Shown: positions 1 to 12,408, counted from the stretch's first letter. The stretch is DNA of 64,000 bases from Selaginella moellendorffii (GCF_000143415.4 NW_003314269.1:2531176-2595175); one strand, 5' to 3'. The notes: generated by a model from the sequence alone, not told the origin. Numbers and translations are program-made.

Positions 1-147
1 TACGTCGAGTACAATGAGAAGCGAAAAATGTTTGGATTCACCGAGCCTCTCATCGTCAAGCATGGGCTCGGGTGTGCACAAACTTCCGGAAGCTAAACGA
101 GCTCTCCGGACAATAGTAAGGTCCACACTTCTCTCTTTTTCTCTATG

Positions 148-660
148 CTAATATGTGAGATAAACTTTGAACAGGAGCACTGCGTTGAGCCCCTTTAGAG
201 CCTGCGTCTCGATGGTAGCGTAGCCTCGCACCGATCTAAAATCTCCGGTTCCTCCCGTCACAGCGAACTCTCTCACGGTCAGTGCAAGCATGTCGAGGCC
301 GTGGAAGCTGATGGTCCCTTTATACTCTGGAGTGTCCAGGACAGCGGCGAAACTGAAGAGCAAGTTAATGCCGGTGAGCGAGCACACCATATAAGTTCCC
401 TGGCCCCGTCCCAAAACTTTGGAGCTGGAAGAGGGTCCTTGCGTGATGAGATCGTCTATTATCATCACCAGGCCAAACGAATCGTTCCTGGAAGGGGGCT
501 TGGCCACCATGACGGCGGTGGGATGCTTGGCCGTGACAATGTCGTGCATGTAGAACTGGAGGAAGGTTACCTTACCTTGCTTCTTCGTGGTAGATCCATT
601 GGCAGTGGCAACCAGAAAGAAGAGGACGCAAAGCGATAGAACAAGCGAGAGATATCTCAT
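148..660 (-). CDS. Dirigent (DIR-like) protein, secreted, intronless
   Basis: Signal peptide MRYLSLVLSLCVLFFLVATA; dirigent motifs FYMHD, FGLVMIIDDLIT.GP, LGRGQGTY, REFAVTGGTGDFRSVRGYA. Confidence 0.95.
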   Translation of the reverse strand: MRYLSLVLSLCVLFFLVATANGSTTKKQGKVTFLQFYMHDIVTAKHPTAVMVAKPPSRNDSFGLVMIIDDLITQGPSSSSKVLGRGQGTYMVCSLTGINLLFSFAAVLDTPEYKGTISFHGLDMLALTVREFAVTGGTGDFRSVRGYATIETQALKGLNAVLLFKVYLTY

Positions 661-1200
661 TGGAAGAGGGGCTACAAATGTATGGGCTGTGTGAGAAAGA
701 AGAGAGGGTTTATAATGTTTGGAAAAACCATTATGGTCGTCGTTGCAAAAGTGCTGGCCACAATGACATGGACCCTTGAACTAAAAGCTAAGATTCCTCT
801 AGAAATCGAAGAATATCTTAAATTCGTTGTTTACAAATAAAAGGTGGTACCTTTAATTTAGTACGATGTTAAGCACATGGTTATGTTAACAAAGGTCGTT
901 AGGTAGACTGTTGCTCAATCGAGCAATAGTTAGCGTCGCAGCCACAACCATAGACAATGGACAAGTATCCATATATCGATCAAGACACAAGGAATTAAAG
1001 TTAAGGTTTGCAAGAGACACGGTCAAATACAACGCTGCCTTGGTTTAAACACACACCGCTGGTCAAATAAACGTGCGGCAGGAGATGTTTATCCTCTGAC
1101 ACGTGGCAGCACCGCGTTCTGGTTTTTCACGAGCGCGGATTCACTCGTGGTTAAAAGTGATAGGTAAGAGAAGATTCACATAACTTACATGCCGTGTTGG

Positions 1201-1202
<2 letters not shown>

Positions 1203-1236
<34 letters not shown>
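1203..1236. repeat. (CT)n microsatellite in the 5' leader of the O-fucosyltransferase gene
   Basis: About 17 CT units seen directly. Confidence 0.9.
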
Positions 1237-1239
<3 letters not shown>

Positions 1240-1361
1240 CTCTCTTCTCCCTTCTTGCTCGATCATCGATTCTTAGTTTCTTGGTCCCCATTGCGCGTGG
1301 GATAATTGACGACGACTCGGCGCGGCGGCGGTCGGAAGCGGAGGCGTAATATCGCCGATCC

Positions 1362-3515
1362 ATGGCGCCGCAGTGGAGCAGAGGTCATCTCCCGGGCGGC
1401 ATGATGTCGCGGGATGTTGCGGAGATCGTTCTCAGCCCCAGGCTGAGCGGCGAGAGCAAGACGCCCGTCTACCGGCGGTCGATCTCCACCAAGCGGATGC
1501 AGGTTGATCCCTTCCACGCTTTGGCCACGAGCATTTTCCAGAGCGATGCCAAGGATTCCAGCTGCGCGGCCGCCAGAGCGTGGAGGAAATCCTTGCTGGG
1601 ACTCATCGGCCTGCTCTTGATCGTTCTTGCCCTAGCCAAGATTTTGTCTGTGGAGTGGCTGGGGGCAGATTTCGATCAGCTCTTGTTGACGAAGGTATGG
1701 GCTCCGAGACTAAAGGACGAGGATCACACTGTTTCTTCTCTTTGTTTCAGCCAGCCGAGTCCTACCAGCGAGCGATGATCGAGAGCACAATCACGAAAGT
1801 GTCTCATGTCGAGAGGAAGGTAACGTGAATTCTTTCATGCATTAGGCTAGATCATTTGAGAGAATGAATTTGGCAGCTCTACAACTCCTTGTGGGCGAAT
1901 CCAGACTCCTCAAAGTACGAGCAATGCATAGCACGACCCAAGAAATCTCGAAGTAAGTTTTCTCACTCTCTTGTGGAAATGCTAAGAATTTTCTGGCAGA
2001 GGCTGGAGCAGCTACAAATGGTTATCTTCTGGTAAACGCGAATGGTGGCCTCAATCAGATGAGAACCGGGGTATGCGCTTGTCTGTTTCTTTTCTATTCA
2101 TTTGGAATAATACGGATATGTCGTTCTCAGATATGCGACATGGTTGCTGTAGCCAGGATCATGAATGCCACTTTAGTCATGCCTACACTTGATCACAGCT
2201 CCTTCTGGGAGGATCCAAGGTACTTTTAAATCTGGAGTTGAATGCTTATGCCAGTTTCATAGTGCAGTGAATTCGCGGACATTTTTGACATCGATCACTT
2301 CATAGAGACCTTGAAAGACGATGTACGAATTGTGAAAGCCCTTCCTTCCCATTTGGAGAGCGTCGAGCCAGTCAAGAAAGCTCCCGTATCATGGTCGAAG
2401 GTATAGCTTGCTACGCTGTCTCGTTTGGATAGTATTGACGTGCGATTTACCAGGCATCTTACTACAAAGAGGAGATTCTTCCCTTGCTCAAGAAGCACAA
2501 GGTTGTCTACTTCACCCATGCGGATTCACGTCTAGCGAACAATGATATTCCTAACAGTGTACAACAACTTCGCTGCCGAGCAAATTATCGAGCTCTGAAG
2601 TACGCCAAGCCAATTCAAAGGTTGGGACAAGTTCTTGTTGAGCGGATGCGAGATAAAGGGCCGTATATAGCTCTCCACTTGAGGTAAAATGTGATATGTC
2701 CTACCTATCAACTGCAGTTTCTGAGGCTTCACCTGAATGTAGATACGAAAAGGACATGTTGGCATTCACGGGTTGTTCGCACGGGCTAACAGCCGATGAA
2801 GCGAACGTGTTACGTGATATGCGTTACAGCACTAAGCACTGGAAAGAAAAGGAGATTGCTGCGGAAGAAAAACGGATGGAAGGAGGTTGCCCTCTGACAC
2901 CTCACGAAGCTGCTCTTCTACTGAAAGGCTTGGGATATCCGGCATCCACCAACATTTACATTGCGGCAGGCGAAAGTTTCGGAAACAACAGTATGAAAGC
3001 TTTCCAAAGCGTGTATCCAAACGTTTACACCCATTCAACTCTTGCAACGGAGCAGGAGTTGGCGGAGTTCAAGGGCTTTCAAAACAGAATCGCAGGCCTG
3101 GACTATATCATGGCATTGAAGAGCGATACCTTCGTTTATACATACGACGGAAACATGGCCAAGGCTGTTCAGGGGCACAGGAGGTTTGAGGGACACAGGA
3201 AAACGATCAGTCCAGACCGGTACGTCCTGGTTGTTTGGTTCTCTGATGGATTATCTTACAGTTGGTTTTTGTTGCAGACAAAGTGTAGTAACTCTCGTGG
3301 ATGATTACGAAACAGGAAATCTCTCGTGGGACAATTTCGCAGCAGAAATCAGAAGAGTGCATCACAAGAAAATAGGTGCTCCATCGTACAGGGAATCCGG
3401 TGAATCTCCGAAGTGGGAAGAAAACTTCTACGCAAATCCGAATCCAGGCTGCATTTGTCAGTCAAAGAAAACGAGCAGCAGAAGGCTACTTACAAGACAG
3501 CAAAAACAATTATGA
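1362..3515 (+). CDS. GT106/DUF246 O-fucosyltransferase-family glycosyltransferase (FRIABLE1-like), multi-exon
   Basis: N-terminal TM anchor; spliced motifs [84 protein letters not shown]; short GT-AG introns. Confidence 0.92.
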
Positions 3516-3585
3516 GAACGCGTGTACAGCGAAGGCTTTTGGTTAGTACCGGGGATCATTTTGTACAGTCCGGAAATAATGCCGC

Positions 3586-5616
3586 TTAAGTCGAGGCTCT
3601 TCGACGACGACTTTCAGCTGCGAAGATGTTAGCCAGAGAGATATATGGTGCCGAGTTCTCAGGGTCCAGCTCAACGACGCGCTCGGCTATATTTGATCCG
3701 GCAGACGCACCACCGTAAGCTGACCACACTCCCAGCAAGGCTCCCAAAGTTGTGCCATCGGGAAGGTATGGCATCCCTTGGAGTAGCTCCTGCGCATGCT
3801 TCAGCTGCCCAGCACGGCCGAGAACGTTGATCATGCAGCAGTAGTGCTCGGCAGACGGATTTAATCCGTAGTCCTGGTTCATGAAGCCGAAGTACTGCAA
3901 GCTTTCCTTGAAGAGGCCACCGTGACTACAGGCACTCAAAAGACCCGTGACCGTGATCTCATCGGGGCTGAGTCCGTCGAGACCCATCAGTTGGAAGAGC
4001 TCGACGGCAAGCTTACCATGGCCAGAATGGGCATAAGCAGCTATCATGGCTGTCCAGGACACAACGTTTTGTTTTGGGAGGCAGTCGAAGATCCTCCTGG
4101 CTTTGATCAGATGTCCTGCTTGGGCGTACGCGGCCACAAGCACAGTCCAGGCAACTATATCCCGCTCGGGCATCTTCTCAAAGGTGGCCCTTGCTTCGAG
4201 GAGCTGGTTGTTCTGGGCATAAGACTCCATTATCACGTTCCAGGACACCATGTCGGGCTGCGGCATTCCATCAAACAGGACCTTGGCCTCGTCCGGATAA
4301 CCGTGGTTGGCATAAGCAGAGATCATGGTGTTCCAGGCTACTCCATCACGTACCGGCATTCTTTCAAACATCTCTCGGGCCTCGTCCAGTTTTCCAGACT
4401 GAGCGTACGCAGTTATCATGTTGGTCCAGGCAACCAGGTTCCTCTCCGGCATAGTGTCGAAGGTTTCTTTGGCATCGCGAAGATGGCGGGCTTGTGCACA
4501 GCAGGTTATCATCGTCGACCACGCGACTACGTCGAGCTCGGGCATGCCGTCGAAGATCTGCTTCGCCGACCTCACGTCGGCTTCCTGCCCGTAGGCAGTG
4601 ATCAGAGCAGTCCAGGACGCGAGGTTTCGCTCGGGCATCCTGTCAAAGAGCTGCTTTGCCTCGGCTAAGTTGGCCTTTTGGACGTGGACTTGGATCATGG
4701 AGTTCCAGGAAACGATGTTCCGGTGCTTCATGCTGTCGAAGATGCTCTTGGCGGCCTCCAAGTTCCCGTGCTGGGCGTAACCGGTAAGCATCGCATTCCA
4801 GGATTGAGTTTCTTGTTCGGGAATCTCGTCAAAGATTAACTTTGCCTGTTCGATGCTCCCGCAGTGAACGTTGGCGGTGATGATGTTGATCCACGAGACG
4901 AAGTCGCGCTCGGGCATTCGGTGGAAGAGCTGGTTGGCCTCTTGGAGGTTCCCGCTGCGGGAGTAGACTTGGATCATCGCGTTCCAGGAAGCGATGTTCC
5001 TGCCAGGCATGGAATCGAAGAGTTTTTTCGCTGAGGGAACTTGGCCTTTGTCGGAATAAACGGTGATGATCGCAGTCCAGGAAACTACGTCTCTCTCCGG
5101 CATGCTTTGGAATATCTCCTGGGCTTTTTCCAGATGCCCGTTCTGGGCATATCCTGTTATCATCGCGTTCCATGTAACAAGGTTCCACTCGGGTATCTTT
5201 TGGAAAAGAATCTCTGCTTCTTGGATTCGACCGTGCTGGGAGTATGCCGCGAGGAGCCCATTCCAGGCGACGTGGTTGCGCTCGGGCATCTTGTCAAAAA
5301 CCCGTTTGGCATCGTCCAGATGCCCTCTTTGGGCATATGCCGTGAGGAGGATAGTCCACGAGAAAACGTTTGGGCGGTTGATGGCATCAAAGACCGCGCG
5401 TGCCTCGTCAATCCTGCCAAACTTTCCATAGACTTGGATCGTGAGATTGGCAAGGTAGAGATTCTGGCGATGCTCGCTCTCCAAGATCCGAGCCCGGATG
5501 CCTGATGCCTCCCGAAAGTCGCCGCTTGATCGGAGAAGCGCTGCAAAGTAGTCGGATCCATCGTCAGGAAGGGCTCGCAGTGGAGGCAGCACAGCCACAT
5601 TGCTGCTGGGATTCAT
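3586..5616 (-). CDS. PLS-class PPR protein with a long run of 31-aa (SS-type) motifs and a truncated E domain
   Basis: Repeated ...FDxMPERxxVSWNxMIxAYAQxG...; terminal L2/S2/E motifs (LSACSHGGL, HYCCMINVLGRAG, ELDPENSAPYISLANIF); no DYW domain. Confidence 0.95.
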   Translation of the reverse strand: MNPSSNVAVLPPLRALPDDGSDYFAALLRSSGDFREASGIRARILESEHRQNLYLANLTIQVYGKFGRIDEARAVFDAINRPNVFSWTILLTAYAQRGHLDDAKRVFDKMPERNHVAWNGLLAAYSQHGRIQEAEILFQKIPEWNLVTWNAMITGYAQNGHLEKAQEIFQSMPERDVVSWTAIITVYSDKGQVPSAKKLFDSMPGRNIASWNAMIQVYSRSGNLQEANQLFHRMPERDFVSWINIITANVHCGSIEQAKLIFDEIPEQETQSWNAMLTGYAQHGNLEAAKSIFDSMKHRNIVSWNSMIQVHVQKANLAEAKQLFDRMPERNLASWTALITAYGQEADVRSAKQIFDGMPELDVVAWSTMITCCAQARHLRDAKETFDTMPERNLVAWTNMITAYAQSGKLDEAREMFERMPVRDGVAWNTMISAYANHGYPDEAKVLFDGMPQPDMVSWNVIMESYAQNNQLLEARATFEKMPERDIVAWTVLVAAYAQAGHLIKARRIFDCLPKQNVVSWTAMIAAYAHSGHGKLAVELFQLMGLDGLSPDEITVTGLLSACSHGGLFKESLQYFGFMNQDYGLNPSAEHYCCMINVLGRAGQLKHAQELLQGMPYLPDGTTLGALLGVWSAYGGASAGSNIAERVVELDPENSAPYISLANIFAAESRRRRAST

Positions 5617-5635
5617 GCGACCATTGCGCTCTAAA

Positions 5636-5684
5636 TCTTTTAGGGTTTATGTTCTGTTCTGGGTTTTAGGGTTAGGGTTTATGG
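5636..5684 (-). promoter_or_regulatory. Telo-box-like (AAACCCTA) cluster just upstream of the PPR gene, in the divergent PPR/MFS promoter
   Basis: tttagggttt...ttttagggttagggttt within about 70 nt of the PPR ATG. Confidence 0.55.
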
Positions 5685-5921
5685 GCAACTCTATATTAGG
5701 GCTGATGGGAGGTGGACACGTGTCCTGCCAGGATTTCGGACCGCCGCAGCCACGACATGAGCAGCAAACAGCGGCAGGGTTTTCCTCTATTCCATTCTGT
5801 TTGGTGTCAGACTAATCATCGCGAGTCGCCCACCAGTGCCATCCAGGTGGGTGTCCTTGAAATCCCCCTGCCAGATGCTACTGCTCTCGTGGGTCGATCG
5901 GCGGAGAAGCGAGCAACAAGA

Positions 5922-8091
5922 ATGGCGTCGATCTCTTCCGGGCCCTCGTCGCAGCTGACGATCAAATGGCTGGGCCTGGCAGCGTCGATTTGGATCCAGG
6001 CATTTGCCGGCAACGCCTACACCTTCTCGCATTTCTCGCCGCGGCTCAAGGCGGTGCTCCACTACTCGCAGATTGAGCTCAACAATCTGGGCGTGGCCAA
6101 GGACATCGGCGAGAATGTGGGGCTCATCACTGGCTATCTCTCCAACAAGCTCCCTGCATGGCTCATCCTCTTCATTGGGGGGCTGGAGGCGTTCCTCGGA
6201 TATGGCGTTCTTTGGCTCGTCGTCAGCGAAAGGATCGCTCCACTTCCATACTGGCAAGTAAGTTTTTCCTGACATCTAGAGATAAGTTTTGCGTTGCAAG
6301 TTCTCTTTCATTCTCGGATTTCTTTCTCATTTCCTGGCAAAGCACGAGGTAAAAAAAACAAATTTTTTTTTCAAGTGCTAGTTTCATTTTCTAGATTTTG
6401 CGTTTCGCTTATAGAGTTAGTCAACGAAAGAGTGGCTGAAAGAGTGGAAAAGCTTGCAAACTATTTTGGGTTTCTGAGCTTGAAAGTCCTTCCTTTTTCT
6501 TTTCTTCTAATATTCATATTTTGCAGATGTGTCTAGCTATTTGCATCGGTGCCAACAGTGCCACATTCTTCAACACCGCGGTTCTCGTCACAACCATGCG
6601 GAACTTCCCCCAGAGCCGAGGTACTGTTGTGGGAATCCTCAAAGGCTTCGTTGGTCTCAGTGGTGCCATTTTCACCCAGCTCTACACGTCCTTCCTCTTT
6701 AAGAACCCGGTCTCGTTGTTGCTGCTTCTTTCCACCAGTCCTTTCGCCGTGTCCGTGGCTTGCATGGGTTTCGTTCGTCCAGTTCCCGACGCCACCCGTG
6801 AACCCGAAGAGAAACGAAACTTTTTCCTCGTTCATGTTATTTGCGTGTCCCTCGCGCTCTACCTTCTCGTCGCCACTTTTGTCCAGGACTTTCTCCCGAG
6901 TAATCCAATCGTCTCCGGAGTTATAGCCACTGTCATGCTCTTGTTCCTCTTTGCTCCGGTTTTCGTCGCTCTCAAGTTCTTTATCCTCGGGTTGTTTAAG
7001 AGAACTGAGGAACCACCATCGAGACGTAACTTGGAAAAAGAAGACGGCGGCGTGAGCGAGCCCCTCGTGCGCGAGGAAACCGTCCAGTTCCAAATAGGAT
7101 CCACCGAAGAAGAACTCGGGCAATCTGACGAGGAGGACGCGAGAACTCTGCCAACTTTCCGGCACGACGATAGCTACATCGAGCGGACCGAGGAGGAGCT
7201 CTCCTGGGACGATCGAAAGAAATTCCCGCCGGGGATGAGCACCAGCGACAGCGCGACGAGTCTGAGTGAAGCCGAGATAGAAAACGATACGGACGTGCTG
7301 ATGGCCGTGGGAGAAGGCGCTGTGCCGAGGAAGAGAAAGCCGAGGCGTGGAGAGGACTTCAACTTGAGGCAGTCGCTGCTCAAGGCGGACTTCTGGCTGC
7401 TCTTTTTCACGTTCTTCTGTGGAGTCGGGTCGGGTGTGACGGCCATCAACAATCTGGGACAGATCGGCCAGGCGCAGGGATTCACCGACGTGACGATCTT
7501 CGTCACACTCCTGGGGATATGGAACTTCCTGGGCCGGCTTGGAGGCGGAGCAATCTCGGAGAAATACGTCCGGTAAGATCTCAGCTCGTAGAAGTTCTAT
7601 AGCGCCAATGGTCACTGACCAGCATTCTTTGCAGGAAGGCTGTTCCTCGGACTCTCTGGCTGGCCGGAGCCCAGTGCCTGATGGCAGTCGCGCACCTCTT
7701 GTTTGCATGGGCCGGCACGAGCTCGCTTCACGTCGGCTCCATCTTGCTGGGCTTTTGCTACGGCGTCCACTTCTCGGTCATGGTTCCCACCGCGTCGGAG
7801 CTCTTCGGCCTCAAGCACTTTGGCAAGATCTACAACTTCCTCACCATGGGCGACCCGGTGGGATCGCTGCTCTTCTCGGGGGTCATCGCCGGCTACCTCT
7901 ACGACATGGAGGCGCGAGACGGGCCGCAGGCCGACCAGTGCATTGGAGCTCACTGCTTCCGGCTCACGTTCTTGATCATGGCTGGAGTGTGCCTCGTCGG
8001 GTCCGCCGCCAGCGTCTACGTGAGCGTCAGGATCAAGCCCGTGTATCAATCTTTGTACAAGTCTGGCCGCGCGGTCAGGGACTTGCATTGA
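5922..8091 (+). CDS. Nodulin-like / NFD4-like major facilitator superfamily transporter (exons 5922-6257, 6527-7572, 7635-8091)
   Basis: KWLGLAASIWIQAFAGNAYTF, RNFPQSRGTVVGILKGFVGLSGAI, RRGEDFNLRQ, SELFGLKHFG, CIGAHCF; in-frame GT-AG splices. Confidence 0.93.
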
Positions 8092-9364
8092 GGAAGACAA
8101 TGATTGTGTGATACAAGAGCTTCCTTCCCGATCTCCCAGTGATTCACGAGGATTCAAAGATACTCATACTTGCTTCCATAGCCACAACTCGTGCATTTCT
8201 CTGCTTCCGAGTCAACGCAACGGCTTCACTAGGTCTTGGAGAATTTGGAGCCGAGCAGGATGAGGATTCGGACGAGATCGTTTTTTTCCACACCCAGCAA
8301 GTTCCTCCAGCGAACTGTAATCTCGGTAAGTTGATGGCTAGAAGATAGCTCACCTTCAAATTTTGCTATAAAATATTATGGAGTGGTTAATATAAACAAA
8401 TTCAAAGATGTGTGGCATTCATGCATAAATTAAGATCAAAGTTTGACCTCAATAACAAACGATTTCTACTCTAAGAACATTAGTGGGCTTTTAAGCTTAT
8501 TAATCTTTTTGAATAAACAAGAGCAGAAAGGTATCTTTTCCATGGCAACTTCAAAGCAGCGTCTATAAATTATGGGAATATGCTAGATATAAAGGTGGAA
8601 ATTAAAAGATATTTAATAAAACTCCCTTTACCCAAAACTTTAAACACCCTCAGGAATTGAATCTTGAGGATGTGGATGATGAAGAGATGCTAGATCTCAC
8701 ATTTGAGGAGGTTTCTGAGTGCCAAGAACACAAGGAGGCCTTGATGGAAGTTCAAATTAAGAAATGAGCTAAATCCTCCAAAATGTGGACAATGTGCATG
8801 TTATGCTTGAAGAGGATTCTCAAGAGCAGCTAGATGCAATGGAGGCAGACATTGATTTTGCTTTTGAGCTTGAATAAGATCTTCAGGCTAAAGAAGATAG
8901 GTATAAAAACGAAATAATAATGTTGTGGAAGAATAAATTTGGAGAGCTTTAGATTTGGTGGTATTTTAAATTTCAAAATCGAATCACCATAGTAATATTT
9001 TTTTACTGATCAAATTAATGATCAAATCAACACAATTAAAATGACATAAAAACAAGATCAACACAAAACTTTCCATGTTTAGTCTTAAAAGGACCACTTT
9101 GGATGATGTTCACATAATTTTTAATTGGTTCTGAAATCAGGAAGCAGTCTGGGCATGTATCAAAACCTAGCAGTTCCGGACCTGTTCTTTCCCAGATGTG
9201 CTGGTGCAGAGAAGCCTGCCAAGGGGTGCTCCAATGGAACAAATAAGAAAGCTTCACCAAGGACATTCCACCTTTCTCCATTGATCCTGCAGCCCTGCTG
9301 GTCTTGACGAGTTTTATGAGAAGCACCTGGATCGCTTCGTATCCAAGCTGTAACTTGCTCCGAG

Positions 9365-9417
9365 CAATTGACTGCTGAGGATTTGGCTAAGCTGGTTGGC
9401 TTCGACCAGCAGATTGA
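9365..9417 (+). pseudogene. Displaced fragment of exon 2 of the JmjC gene
   Basis: caattgactgctgaggatttggctaagctggttggcttcgaccagcagattga is near-identical to the reverse complement of 17810-17862 ([17 protein letters not shown]). Confidence 0.8.
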
Positions 9418-9725
9418 CGTTTATCTATTCAAGTTTCGTTCTTCTCACTTCCTGCGATTTAGGCTGAAGGTCCCGTGTATACCACGGAGGATTGGTTGTC
9501 GTGTCAAATCTAAAAAGCCTCTACTAATCGTTGTGTAACATCCATTCCAGATGTTTGTGACTTCGTCTAACTGCTCTATGAATAATGCTTCTCGTTGATT
9601 TTTAAATCTAAATGGCTTTGTAATTTCATGCATAGTCTGGTGTTAGTTAACACCAAGACTGGTGTTGTCTTCTGCTTCCTTCTGCTGCTCAGTGATTCAT
9701 GTTGATTCATAGATGCTCATGATAG

Positions 9726-11223
9726 CTACTGCCAGCCGCATGGTATGTGCGAATGCGACTCATGCATCCCTCTGCACCAGTGATCGATTGCAGCGTAGGG
9801 AGCTTCCGAGTCAACACTTTCCTGCCAAGATCGCCACAGCATGCCGCAGTCGCTCCGGGGCACCCACTGCAGGGGCTGCAGCTTGACACGTCCTGGGTGC
9901 TCTCTCGCAAACTCCTCGAGCAGCGCAGGAATCTGTGGACTAGCATCTTTGTTAGTCCAGTAGACACACTTTAGCTCGACCTTTGTGCCGCTGCTTCTCT
10001 CCACCAGCCCACGGACGAACTCCAGTTCCAGACCGTTTCTTTCCCAGATGTGCTTGGTGTGGACGAACTCGACTCTAACTGTCAAGGGTTTCTCCATGCT
10101 GCTCCAGTTTGCAACGTATAGTTGCTGCATTTAGTCACACACACCGTGAGGCATTGGAACAAAAAGCAAAAGCTTCACCTTGATACTTATGAAAGAGACA
10201 ATGAACTCCTCAAGGCCCTGGAACGGCTCCAGCAGGGCCACAAGATCAATAGAGCAGGGTGGAATGCCATCGTCAAAGATGCAGAAATAGAACTTCTTCA
10301 GGCTCAACGTTCTACACAAAGCTACCTTGTCCATTACTTGGGCAGGGCTGCTAAACGGGTTGAGGAAGATGATCTTTTTGAGCCTGGAGTAGCGCAGCCC
10401 CTGGATATGCCGCATGCTCTCTCTCACCCGGATCCACTCTACGTTGCATGTAGTGGGCTGCAGTTGGATGCGCGGAACGACAAAGAACATCCACCGGAGC
10501 TTTGGTGTGTCAAGTGCAAGCGTAAAGTTGTCGCGTCCATCACCCTCGCAGAATTCCGACTGGCAGCTGTCAAGGCTGCGGCTTTTGAGCACGTAGGTAC
10601 CTATAAAGTCACATATTTGAGAATGCAAGCTGACAACAAAAAATGCCCAAACTGGGGAAATCGGGTTAGCTTTACATACCGGGCGAGCTCACCACTATCG
10701 TACCCATCCGCACTGCAAGAAGGGAGGGGCAGATCTCGAGCAGCTGCTGCAGCACAGTCACGTTGATCGGTCTGTGAAAACTGAGGAAGAGGAGATTGGG
10801 CAGCAGCGGTGAAGGCAAGGTTGCATTGCCGAGCGTGGAGCCGAGTTGTGTGACGTGGACGTGGAGACAGCGGAGCTCCTGACACGCCGAGATATTGGAC
10901 CAGAAGTCCTCGAACTTGTGCTGCGGACCTCCGTAGATGGTGACTGAGTGGAGCCCTTTCCCGATCTGGTGCAGCCAGCGAGTGCAACTTTGCTGGAACC
11001 GAATGGATAACTGGCGAAGATCGTTGTGGCCAAACCAGCGGATGAGCCCCTGCTCCACATCACGACTGCTCGACTCCAAGGAGTAGTGCGTGACGAGCCT
11101 TGCCAGCTGCGCCCACCTCTTGCTTACCAGAGACGAGGGATTCAAGTCGCGCGACCAGGCGAGGAGAGACATGATCCGAATGAGCACCTCGTCTGGAAGA
11201 TCGTCAAGGCACTGCCTCCGCAT
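9726..11223 (-). CDS. F-box/LRR-like protein (exons 11223-10680, 10600-10179, 10124-9726)
   Basis: F-box LDDLPDEVLIRIMSLL...LVSKRW; LRR-like LQQLLEICPSL; two GT-AG introns join three ORF pieces in frame; last-intron position parallels the 44116 F-box gene. Confidence 0.8.
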
Positions 11224-11450
11224 CGTAACTCCAAAAGCTAGACCGAACTTTTCGATGTTTGCATAGCGTAGAAACCGTGGAGAGGAGAGTACTTGAACAC
11301 GACACCAGCGGATATATCGTGCTGGCTGGAGCCCAGTGCCTGATGATACGCACCTCGGCCCAGCCCAGCAAGACCGTCTATGCCCGGCTACCATGGCTGG
11401 AACGACGTCGATTCTCATTTCGAGCAAAAAAGTTTACAAAACACGAATCA

Positions 11451-12408
11451 TCAGTAGATGAGCCATTCCGGGTCCACGTAAGGCGCGCTGTCGCCACCAC
11501 CCCCGCCGAGTCCGCCGCCACCACCATTCCTACCATTGCCGCCACCACCATTCCCACCATTGCCGCCACCACCGTTGCCATTGCGCGCACCGTTGCTACT
11601 ATTTCCGCCGCCCGCGCCGTTGTTTGGTCCGTCCGCCCCGCCAGCACCGTTGGGTCCGTCCACACCGTCGGCTCCGCGATTGCTGGGTCCGTTCCCACCG
11701 CCCGGTTCGCCGTTGCCCACGCCAGGTGACCAAGAATCGGTTTCCTGATAAGAAAACAAGAATTTCCAGTGACATTACAGAGAAAGAACAACTAACCGAC
11801 ACAGGAGATCCCCACGACGGCGGAGGCGCGTCCCTCAAAGACATCTGTGAATCTTGCCCGGATGTGACCGACGATGGCGAGGGCGTGTCCCAGGACGACA
11901 TTGGTGATCCAGCAGCTTGCCCAGCTTGCTCGGAGGTGGCCGAGGACGACGACGAAGAAATGTCCCAGTCCCACGACGACATTGGGGATCCACCTTGCCC
12001 GGAGGTGGCCGACGACGATGAAGACGCGTCCCAGTCCCACGTAGACATCGGGGATCCAGCTTGTTCGGCGGTGGCCGACGACGGCGAGGGCATGTCCCGA
12101 GCAGCAGGAGGTGCGCCACCGTCAGCAGCAGGAGGAGCGCCAGGACCGTGAGCAGCAGGAGGAGCGCCTCCGTGAGCAGCAAGAGGAGTGCCACCGTTAG
12201 CAGCAGGAGGAGCGCCACCGTCAGCAGCAGGACCGTGAGCAGCAGGAGGAGCGCCACCGTTAGCAGCAAGAGGAGCGCCTCCGTGAGCAGCAGGAGGAGC
12301 GCCTCCGTGAGCAGCAGGAGGAGCGCCACCGTTAGCAGCAGGAGGAGCGCCACCGTGAGCCGCAGGAGGAGCGCCACCGTGAGCAGCAAGAGGAGCGCCA
12401 CCATCCAT
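11451..12408 (-). CDS. Low-complexity repeat protein (exons 12408-11797, 11744-11451): AAHGGAPP repeats, Ser-rich SPMSSWD repeats, Gly/Asn tail
   Basis: Phase-0 intron gttagt...ttatcag joins ORFs 11599..12519 and 11451..11759; start uncertain because the frame is open to an acceptor at about 12522. Confidence 0.55.
12100..12405. repeat. 24-bp coding minisatellite (gagcagcaggaggagcgccaccgt), about 12 units
   Basis: Tandem units seen directly; adjacent about 60-bp repeats at 11860-12100. Confidence 0.9.

Noticed and set aside
6533-7708. 391-aa minus-strand ORF (and similar antisense ORFs over the PPR, UBC and syntaxin genes)
   Set aside because: GC3-rich codon bias of the sense gene keeps antisense frames open
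8640-8900. Acidic coding-like stretch (LEDVDDEEMLDLTFEEV)
   Set aside because: Interrupted by stops and no identifiable family; probably transposon debris
10122-10766. 214-aa + strand ORF with CVKC
   Set aside because: Antisense shadow of the spliced F-box gene; no recognisable family
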